A stretch of 50,505 bases of DNA. It comes from a virus (taxonomy: Duplodnaviria > Caudoviricetes). The notes beneath the pieces were generated by a model. That model ran no database searches and had not been told where the DNA came from. It saw nothing but the letters and a program-made list of their open reading frames with translations. Below, piece by piece: positions 43,261-50,505 of the stretch (position 1 is the stretch's first letter; each line of letters starts with the position of its first letter). The translations under genes and the position numbers were made by a program. The DNA lies in the IMG/VR virus record IMGVR_UViG_3300049165_000088, positions 1 through 50,505 of that record; one strand, written 5' to 3'.

Positions 43261-43656
43261 TCAAACGAACCGGATCGAGCCGGCGACGTCGGTCTTACCG
43301 GCGGCGTCGACGGCACCGAGCGGCAGCCGGGACTCGCGCACCTTGCCGTGCGTGAGCATCGCCCCCGCCGGGTCCACCGTGTTCACGTCCGGAGCACCGA
43401 CCGCGGCGTACAGGAACCCGACGAGCGTTTCGCGCCCGTCGACCGCCGCCCCGTCGTACGGGCCGAACTTGCCCGGCGTCGCGGTGATCTCGCCGAGCGG
43501 GATCCCGGACTTGAAGAACCCGTCCGGGTAGTGCGTCGCCGGCGTGAACGTCGAGGTGTCGAGCACGACCGTCTCGGTCGCCTGTGTGCCGTGCTCGCTC
43601 CCGAGCCACGACTGATCGTCGGATCCGAACGTCTCGGTCCGCTGGTTGAGGTTCAT
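43261..43656 (-). CDS. Head decoration protein
   Basis: SGIPLG...GPY...DGRETLVGFL...HGKV...LP. Confidence 0.8.
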   Translation of the reverse strand: MNLNQRTETFGSDDQSWLGSEHGTQATETVVLDTSTFTPATHYPDGFFKSGIPLGEITATPGKFGPYDGAAVDGRETLVGFLYAAVGAPDVNTVDPAGAMLTHGKVRESRLPLGAVDAAGKTDVAGSIRFV

Positions 43657-43673
43657 CGTTGTCCCTCCCGGGA

Positions 43674-44387
43674 TCAGGTCTTGTTGTCGCCGCCGCCGAG
43701 CAGCGACTTGTAAAGGTCGGCGCCCTCGGCGAGCGTGCCGCCCTTGCCGCTGCCGCCGCGCCGCCGCGTGCCCTGGTAGCCCCCGCCGGGCCGGCGGCGC
43801 GTGTCGCCCCCGCCGCCCTGGTCGCCGTCCCCGTCGCCGTCGTCGTCCTTGCCGGACTGCTTCGGGGCGAGTCGGTCGATCAGCTTCGCGAGCCCGTCCT
43901 CGTCGACGTCACCGTTCGCGTCGATGTACTTGGACAGGTTCACGTCCTCGACCACGTCGGCCGGGTTCTCCAGCCGACCGGACGCGCCGGCGAGGAATAC
44001 CTGCCGGGCGAGCGCGGCCGCGCCGCGCGAGCGCTCTTCGGCTACCGCCTTCTTGACCGCCTCGGCGATCGCCTTCTCGCTCTCAGTGGCGTTCGCGGCC
44101 CTGAGCTCGTCGCGCTCCTTCGCGGCTGCGGCGTTCTCCTTGGCGCGTTCCTCGTGCTTACGCGCGAGCGCCTTCCACTTCTCGACCTCCGAATCGCCCT
44201 TGCCCTTGTCGGACTTGTCGTCGGTGCCGTCGCCCTTGCCGTCTTTGTCGGAGTCGTCCTTGCCGCCCTCGGTGCCGCCGCCGTCGCCCCCGCCGTCCGC
44301 GTAGAACGGCGAGAACGGGGCCAGCGGGTACGGGTGCGACCAGCCGGACGACTGGATACCGGGCAGGGTGCGAAGTGCTGCGCGCAT
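43674..44387 (-). CDS. Capsid scaffolding protein
   Basis: Acidic G/D/K tract; KWKALARKHEERAKEN coiled coil; DGDVDE-type motif. Confidence 0.82.
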   Translation of the reverse strand: MRAALRTLPGIQSSGWSHPYPLAPFSPFYADGGGDGGGTEGGKDDSDKDGKGDGTDDKSDKGKGDSEVEKWKALARKHEERAKENAAAAKERDELRAANATESEKAIAEAVKKAVAEERSRGAAALARQVFLAGASGRLENPADVVEDVNLSKYIDANGDVDEDGLAKLIDRLAPKQSGKDDDGDGDGDQGGGGDTRRRPGGGYQGTRRRGGSGKGGTLAEGADLYKSLLGGGDNKT

Positions 44388-44442
44388 GGTGGTGTCTCCC
44401 GTGTCGGGTGGGTACGTGGGTGCGCCGTGTCGGCGCCGTTCG

Positions 44443-45249
44443 TCACGCGGCCGGGATGTCGTCCGGGCCCGTGAAGTCGTGTTTCCGCGCAGCGAGCAGC
44501 GGCCCGTACTCGCCGTGTTCGCGCGTGATGATGACCTTGCGGTAGTCCGGCGCCCGGCCGCCGCGGTCGGACTCGCCGACGTCGCGGGCAATGGCGGCGT
44601 GCGCCTCTTTGAGCAGCTGCTCGTCGATGACGTGCCCCGGGTCGCGGTCGCCCGGCAGCGGCTCGGGCTTGCAGTTGCAGCCCGGATGGATCGGCATCAG
44701 GTTCTCGACCCGGTACCGCTGCGTCGACGCGATCGTGCACAGCGCGCAGTTCTTCGACCCCGACAGACGCCGGCGGAAGAACCGCGCCCGGCCGCCGCGG
44801 GTCATCGACTCCCGCGCGGCGTGCGTCCGGGCCAGCTGCAGATCGGTCTCGGTGATGGACAGCAGCCGGGTCCGGCCCTGCCCGACCGCGTCGGCGAACG
44901 TGTGGCCCGCCGCGAGCGCCGAGTACATCGTGACGAACGGCCGGTGATACACCTCGGCCGGGTCGACGCCGCGCAGCGCCTCGTCGAGCTGCACACCGAC
45001 CGGCGCCGCCGCGCCGCCAATCATGTCGGCGATCATCGCGGCGAGATAGGCGTCGGTGATCTGCCCCATCTGCTGCTGCGTCGCGAGGACGATCGGCAGC
45101 ACCCGCTCCATGAACCGGGCGGCGTCCGCGTCGCGGTACTCGCCGAGCCCATCGAAAGCGGACAGGACGAACCCGATCAGCCGATCCCGCAGGCTGCCCG
45201 ACAGGGCGTCGTACCGTTCGGCGAGAGCCTGCTGCAGCGCCTCACCCAC
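44443..45249 (-). CDS. Minor capsid / head morphogenesis protein
   Basis: CALC...PIHPGCNC; follows the portal gene. Confidence 0.75.
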   Translation of the reverse strand: MGEALQQALAERYDALSGSLRDRLIGFVLSAFDGLGEYRDADAARFMERVLPIVLATQQQMGQITDAYLAAMIADMIGGAAAPVGVQLDEALRGVDPAEVYHRPFVTMYSALAAGHTFADAVGQGRTRLLSITETDLQLARTHAARESMTRGGRARFFRRRLSGSKNCALCTIASTQRYRVENLMPIHPGCNCKPEPLPGDRDPGHVIDEQLLKEAHAAIARDVGESDRGGRAPDYRKVIITREHGEYGPLLAARKHDFTGPDDIPAA

Positions 45250-46693
45250 CGATCACACCGCCCGCCGGCTCCTCGTCGTCGGGCAGGTTGCCCGCCGTCG
45301 GCGCCGTACCCGGAGCGGGCAGCAGCGAAGCGGCGAGCAGCGCCTGCGCCGCCGCGCCGCTGGTGATCCGCCGCACTCGCGCGGGAGTCTCGCCCATTTC
45401 CTCGGCGATGACGTCGAGCGGGTAGCCGATGGACTTCAGTTTCGTCGCGGCGTCGGCCTTGACGGCGAGGCTGATGTGCGCCGGGTTCTCCCATCGCACC
45501 TCCGCCTCGGTGTAGTCCTCAGGCACCCCGGCCTGCGCCGCGGCGAGCGCGAACACCATTTCAAGACCTTCGCCGAACGCGGCGATGTGTTCCTTCACCT
45601 TGGCCACGTGCAGGATGTCGAGCGCGCCGATCGTGTCGACGCTGATGTTCACCAGGTCGCCGGCGTAGTAGTACGCGGGTGTCTGGCTGGTGATCAGCAT
45701 GTCGCGCACGTCACTCGCGTGTTCCTTCAAGAAGCCCGTGAGGTCGGTCGCGTCGAGCTGCCCGAACCGGGTCTCCTTGCCTTCGGATGCCCACACCGCC
45801 GACGGCGACGGGACGAACGGCTGCTCAAGCAGCGTGATCTTTCCGGTCACGGGGTCGGTCTTCGTCTGGAACTTGTGCCCCGTCACGTACTTCTGCCGGA
45901 ACCCGCTGTACCGGCTCGCGGCCATCCGGTTCAGTACGCCGAGGTTCACCCGGTCCTGAGTGTCCATGGCGACGGCGAACTCAGGCTCGGGGTCCTCGCC
46001 CAAGTCAGGCATGCGCGCGAACTCGACGAGCTGCAGCCTGCCGAGGTCGTGCACGTCACCGCGGTCGCTGCGCCCGATGTACTCCCAGGAATCCGGCCCC
46101 CACGGCAGCCGGGCCGTGCTGCGGTTCTTCGTCCTGTACGGGAACGCGGTGTCGTCGAAGAACACCCACGCATAGCCGTAGCCGTCGATGTCATTGTGGA
46201 TCGCCTTCAGCCCGACCATCGGTTCCCCGGTCTCCGGGTCGTACTCGACGATGCACTCGCTCGGATGCTCCGGAGTGATCAGCGGCGACGGGCGCTTGTT
46301 GTCCTCGACCCGCGTCGGGTGCGGGCCGACGAGCATGTACCCCGTCGCCTGCGACGTCGCCGCCCGCCACACGAGCTTCTGCCGGGAGTCCAGCCGGTTG
46401 TACTGCCACCAGCGCGACGCCCGGTCGTCCGGCTCGCCGTCCGGGCCGGTGACGCCGAGGGCGTTCAACCGGTGCACCGTGGCGTTCGCGATCAGCCCGC
46501 AGAAGTTCGTGCGCGCCTTCCGCTGGAAGTCGATGAACGCCTGCTCGGCGTTCTTCGGCAGCATCGGCAGCGGCGGCCGGCCCCGGTAGTACGCCCACCA
46601 CTCGTCGAGCTGTCCCTGCCGCTTGCGCAGCTTCCGCCCGAGACGCAGCAGCCAGAAGTCGGGGTTGTCGAGCTCCGGGGTTTCGTCGAGCAT
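45242..46693 (-). CDS. Portal protein (SPP1 gp6-like)
   Basis: YYRG...NFCGLIA...FGQLDATDL...W; follows TerL. Confidence 0.9.
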   Translation of the reverse strand: MLDETPELDNPDFWLLRLGRKLRKRQGQLDEWWAYYRGRPPLPMLPKNAEQAFIDFQRKARTNFCGLIANATVHRLNALGVTGPDGEPDDRASRWWQYNRLDSRQKLVWRAATSQATGYMLVGPHPTRVEDNKRPSPLITPEHPSECIVEYDPETGEPMVGLKAIHNDIDGYGYAWVFFDDTAFPYRTKNRSTARLPWGPDSWEYIGRSDRGDVHDLGRLQLVEFARMPDLGEDPEPEFAVAMDTQDRVNLGVLNRMAASRYSGFRQKYVTGHKFQTKTDPVTGKITLLEQPFVPSPSAVWASEGKETRFGQLDATDLTGFLKEHASDVRDMLITSQTPAYYYAGDLVNISVDTIGALDILHVAKVKEHIAAFGEGLEMVFALAAAQAGVPEDYTEAEVRWENPAHISLAVKADAATKLKSIGYPLDVIAEEMGETPARVRRITSGAAAQALLAASLLPAPGTAPTAGNLPDDEEPAGGVIGG

Positions 46694-46713
46694 GTCGCCC
46701 CCTCTCGGGCTCG

Positions 46714-48396
46714 TCAGAACGTGAACCCGCCCATGGCCTCTTCCTCGACGGCGAGCCCCTGCGCGATCGCGTCGAGCCGGCACTGCCAGGCGAGAACCGC
46801 GGCGATCGCGGCATCGATCTTGTTCGGGGAGTCCGGGTTTTCCTTCATGATCTGGATCCCGGTGCGGGTCTTACGGCGCCGCGCGTTGAGTAGGTGCCGA
46901 ACCAGCGCCGACGATCCGTCGTGCGTCAGCTCGCCCTCGACGAGCGCGGTGTGGAACTTCTCCAGGGCGCGGACGATCAGCGTCGACCGGCCGCCGGTCA
47001 TCCACCACTCGATGGGGTGCTGCCGGGTCGACTTCACTTTCAGCCGCGGCCCGTACGCCGCTTCCCAGTCGGCCACGTGGCTTTCCCACTTGGCCGGGTC
47101 GGCGTACCAGCCGACCACGTCATAGGTGTCGAACACCTCGTGCACCCGCGCGAGGACCTCGACGACCGGCACCTGCCAGCCCTCTTTCGGATCCTCCGTC
47201 GACGGCTTCCACCCCTTCGGCTGCTCCCATACACCGAGCTCGAACAGGTGCCCGTCGGACAGCCGGCAGCCGATCAGCGCGGTCGCGTCCGTCACGCCGC
47301 GAGACCTCTTGCGGCTGCCGTCGAACCCGAGCAGGATCCGCTCGCCCGGCTCGACCCGCTTGCCGACGTCGGACGTGGCGCGCACCTCGGGCCCGGTCAC
47401 CCACGCATCCGACGCGTGCGTGATCTGGTTCAGGAAGTCGGCCCGCAGATCCTGCGGCTCGTTCGACGTGTCCCAGAAAGCGCCGGTGATCCCCTCGATC
47501 GGCGACCAGCCCGGCGCACACGGCGGGTCGTGCAGCACACACCCGTCGGGATGATCCGAACTGTCGCCGTACGCGTACCGCAGCCCGGCGACGAGCGACC
47601 GCTCGTCGGTCATGTCCGTCTCGGGCGGCGCCTCCCGGTGGTCGACCAGGATCCCGCGCGCCCGCGACCGGCCCTCGAGGATCGCCTGATAGTCCGCCGC
47701 CGAGTTCTCCGCGACGGACCCCTCGCCCGGCGTGAACGCGTTCGGCGTCTCGATGATGCTGCCGCCGAGCTTCGTCGCGTTGAACCGCAGCACCTTCGCA
47801 AGCCGGACCCCGCCGTTCGAGACCTTCCACTCCTCGGTCTGGTCGAGCGACGCGAAGCACGCCGGGTCACCCTTCACCGACGTGGCCGACGACGTGATCG
47901 GAGTGATCTCCCCGCGCGGCAGATAGATCACCGTGTCGAGGACGTCGAGACCGTAGTCAGTCGACAGCGACCGGCCGCGCGCCATCTCCAGCAACGGCGT
48001 CCACGTGTTGTCGGTCTGCTGCTCCGTCACCGCGGCGATACGCACGAGCGGCGTACGGATCGAGTGCCACGGCCGGCCGACCGGCTCGCCGTACGCATCC
48101 CACCCGGCGGGTACCACGTCGGCGCACGCCTCCGCGAGCGCGATCGCCCCGACGAACGGGGACTTGCCCCACCCGCGCGGCCTACTGAGCAGCGCCCGGT
48201 GAACGGCCCGCTTCCCGGTGACCGGGTGCAGCTCGTAGTACGCGACCAGGAAGTCGGCCTGTTCCTGCGTCGGCACGAACGGCTGCGGATCGTCCTCATC
48301 GCGGCCGGGCTGCGCGAGATTCTGCATCATCCAGTCGAGGACGTACCAACCCAACGTCGGGCGCTCGCCCTCGAACTCAGGGCCGCGCCACGGCAT
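46714..48396 (-). CDS. terL: Terminase large subunit
   Basis: RPRGWGKS Walker A; LDQTE; GFDGS...DATAL; KIDAAIA. Confidence 0.95.
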   Translation of the reverse strand: MPWRGPEFEGERPTLGWYVLDWMMQNLAQPGRDEDDPQPFVPTQEQADFLVAYYELHPVTGKRAVHRALLSRPRGWGKSPFVGAIALAEACADVVPAGWDAYGEPVGRPWHSIRTPLVRIAAVTEQQTDNTWTPLLEMARGRSLSTDYGLDVLDTVIYLPRGEITPITSSATSVKGDPACFASLDQTEEWKVSNGGVRLAKVLRFNATKLGGSIIETPNAFTPGEGSVAENSAADYQAILEGRSRARGILVDHREAPPETDMTDERSLVAGLRYAYGDSSDHPDGCVLHDPPCAPGWSPIEGITGAFWDTSNEPQDLRADFLNQITHASDAWVTGPEVRATSDVGKRVEPGERILLGFDGSRKRSRGVTDATALIGCRLSDGHLFELGVWEQPKGWKPSTEDPKEGWQVPVVEVLARVHEVFDTYDVVGWYADPAKWESHVADWEAAYGPRLKVKSTRQHPIEWWMTGGRSTLIVRALEKFHTALVEGELTHDGSSALVRHLLNARRRKTRTGIQIMKENPDSPNKIDAAIAAVLAWQCRLDAIAQGLAVEEEAMGGFTF

Positions 48397-48405
48397 GACC
48401 GCCCC

Positions 48406-48894
48406 CTACGTGTCGTTGGCGGCTTTCCCGCCCGGCAGTGACCGCAGCTTCGCCGCCCCGTACCGCTCGCGCGCCGACGGGCCGCTGCCCCCCGACCGGC
48501 CGTTGCCGCCGTCCGCGTCGTCCGCCTCGGCGAACACCATCCGCAGCCGGGCCCGGTCCGCCGGCGTCGCACCGAACGCCGCCACCCGCAGGCGCAGCTC
48601 GGGCGCGGCCGACAGATTCCCGCTCCACATCTGCGCGTGGATCAGGGCCGTGTCGAGCAGGAACTGCCAGTCGGACGAACCGAAGTGCTCGGACTGCGGG
48701 GAGTCGACCCACATCTGCCACCACTCGCGGGTGCGCTCGGGCCACACGAACTCGACCAGGTCGCCGTCGCGCTCGATGCGGAACTTGGGCAGCTCGGGTG
48801 CTTCGGCGGCCTCCCACCTGAGCACGGTCTGCGGGATCGCGTCCTTGTTGCGCCGCGCCTTCCGGTCCTTCGGCGCCGGCCCCATGCCTCCCAT
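48406..48894 (-). CDS. terS: Terminase small subunit
   Basis: MGPAPK...RRNK...WW..W...ELRLRVAAFGATPADRARLR; precedes TerL. Confidence 0.85.
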   Translation of the reverse strand: MGGMGPAPKDRKARRNKDAIPQTVLRWEAAEAPELPKFRIERDGDLVEFVWPERTREWWQMWVDSPQSEHFGSSDWQFLLDTALIHAQMWSGNLSAAPELRLRVAAFGATPADRARLRMVFAEADDADGGNGRSGGSGPSARERYGAAKLRSLPGGKAANDT

Positions 48895-49664
48895 TACCCG
48901 GCCTCCTTCGCCTGCACCTCGTTGCACGTCCGCCGGTCGCTGCCGAACATCCATGCATGACGGTCGAGCCCGCACTCCGCGCAGCGCTGAGGGTCGAGGT
49001 ACCCCGGCACACGGAATCGGTGTCCGCCCTCCCGCTCCGTCTTGATCGCCTTGACGATCTCGCCCCAGTCGCGCAGCCGGTCGATCCCGAGCGCGTCGGT
49101 GATCGCGTCCATGCGCTCAACGTCCCGGCGCCGCGACCGCTCGGTGAAAGCCGTCAACTTCTCCTCGGCCTGAGCCGCGCGGCCCAGCACCTCGCGCGCC
49201 TTCACCACCGGATCCTGATGGGGGCCGCCGAACACCTCGCAGACCGCCCGCAGCACGTTGTCGGCGGCGACTCGTCCGGCCTCGGCCTGCTCGGCGCGGT
49301 GGGCGGCGCGGTCCCGCTGTACCTCCATGGCTCGGGAGCGCCCCTCGGCGTTCTCGGCGCGCTGCAGCAGTTTGTGCCCGAGCGTTTCCGACTCCGACAG
49401 CGACTGACGAGCCGACTCGTACATCTCACCGACGGTCTCCTGCAGCCCCGCCCGGAACTCGGCTGACATGTCGTTCGCCGGAATCTCGACAGTCTCGGCT
49501 GTGACGAGGAACGCGCGAGCGCCCGACTCGACGACGAGCTGCGCAATGCGTGCCGTCTCGCCACGCAATGGCGAGAGGTCGGGAACCTGGTCGAGCACCA
49601 GCGCGAACGGCGGCCGCTCGTCGCCGGACCCTTCGGGTAGTTCGAGAATCTGCAGGCGTGCCAT
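48894..49664 (-). CDS. Hypothetical coiled-coil protein (256 aa)
   Basis: GGAGG RBS; MARLQILELPEG...PFALVLDQ. Confidence 0.75.
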   Translation of the reverse strand: MARLQILELPEGSGDERPPFALVLDQVPDLSPLRGETARIAQLVVESGARAFLVTAETVEIPANDMSAEFRAGLQETVGEMYESARQSLSESETLGHKLLQRAENAEGRSRAMEVQRDRAAHRAEQAEAGRVAADNVLRAVCEVFGGPHQDPVVKAREVLGRAAQAEEKLTAFTERSRRRDVERMDAITDALGIDRLRDWGEIVKAIKTEREGGHRFRVPGYLDPQRCAECGLDRHAWMFGSDRRTCNEVQAKEAG

Positions 49665-49714
49665 GTGCTGTACCTCCCGTGTCGGGTGCGCCGCAGCACA
49701 CCCGTGTCGGGCCG

Positions 49715-50299
49715 CTACAGCAGAGAATCGATCACGTGCTGCAGGTCCCCGAGACGCGACGGCGTGTCGCCGAACGTCCGCCCCGTGACCGCGATGTACC
49801 GGCCCGCGCCGTACAGCTCAACCGAGCCGCCGCCACCGACCGTGATCCGCCGACCCTGCGGCAGAGAACCTGTGCCCCACACGTGCAGCCCGTCGCCGGA
49901 CCGCGACACCTCGACCCACGTCGCGCCGGCCGCGTCGAGAATCATCCGCGCCCACGGCGCCGGCTCACCCTGCTCGTCAAGGCAGTGGTCGAGGTCGAGG
50001 CACACGATCCCGTCGCCGTCGAGGACGAACCCGAGCCCCACACCGGAGCTGCTCGCCGCCGCGTCGCGGTAGCGCGACCAGGTCGACGAGTCCGTGCTGC
50101 TCGCCACCGAGCCGCCGACCGTGAGCGGGACCTTGCGGCCGGTGTGCCGGATCCACCGGGGCCGGCTCGTCAGCTCGGCCGGGACCGCGCGGCGCGCCCG
50201 GTGCGCAGCGACGCGGCACCGGCCCGAGCAGTACCGCGCATCGGACCGCGCGGTGATCGGCATCGGGCCGGCGCAGTGCTGGCAGGTGGGCGTCGTCAT
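49715..50299 (-). CDS. Zn-ribbon plus AEP primase-polymerase domain protein (194 aa)
   Basis: CQHC...YCSGRCR; GLGFVL...CLDLDHC, EVSRSGDGLHVW, VELY...RYIAVTG. Confidence 0.85.
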   Translation of the reverse strand: MTTPTCQHCAGPMPITARSDARYCSGRCRVAAHRARRAVPAELTSRPRWIRHTGRKVPLTVGGSVASSTDSSTWSRYRDAAASSSGVGLGFVLDGDGIVCLDLDHCLDEQGEPAPWARMILDAAGATWVEVSRSGDGLHVWGTGSLPQGRRITVGGGGSVELYGAGRYIAVTGRTFGDTPSRLGDLQHVIDSLL

Positions 50300-50505
50300 G
50301 CTCCCAGTGTAGCGCGTGTAACGGCTATGCGCGCCTGACCTGCGCATACGTCCTACGTGGTGTGGGGTCGGGAGGCTGAGAGGCGATCTGCGGGCCCACT
50401 CCCGCACGCCATCGGATCAGCCCACCCGACCCCGGCTCGCCCGCCAGCGAGCAGCCCAGACAGCCCCACGGGGCCGTTTCCCCCAGACCCGTACAGAACC
50501 AGGCC

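Noticed and set aside
1-50505. tRNA/rRNA genes, IS elements, reverse transcriptase/DGR, TraB ATPase, DNA-modification genes
   Set aside because: No recognisable motifs by eye; a tRNAscan/Infernal/HMM run would be needed to exclude them formally.

Overview
High-GC actinobacterial (Streptomyces-like) temperate siphovirus, apparently close to a whole genome in non-integrated order: phage genes flank the serine integrase on both sides and no host genes are seen. Almost all genes are on the - strand. Reading from 50505 to 1: a stand-alone primase-polymerase, packaging and head genes (TerS, TerL, portal, scaffold, capsid), tail genes (with a GGGAAAG frameshift chaperone), lysis genes, an accessory island (24.0-27.9 kb), large serine integrase, cI/cro switch, early recombination/replication genes, and a separately regulated plasmid spread-like membrane module (1.7-6.5 kb). 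Top candidate for a new system: a cas-less, self-contained mini-array of four type I-E-like CRISPR repeats with 18- and 20-nt spacers (27680-27824), next to an acidic protein-HTH fusion whose promoter carries a palindromic operator, i.e. a candidate RNA plus protein anti-CRISPR island. Second candidate: the 1.7-6.5 kb module, with two membrane-anchored wHTH proteins each beside its own oriented short-repeat array and no motor ATPase. All product calls come from motifs and gene order read by eye; no database searches were run.
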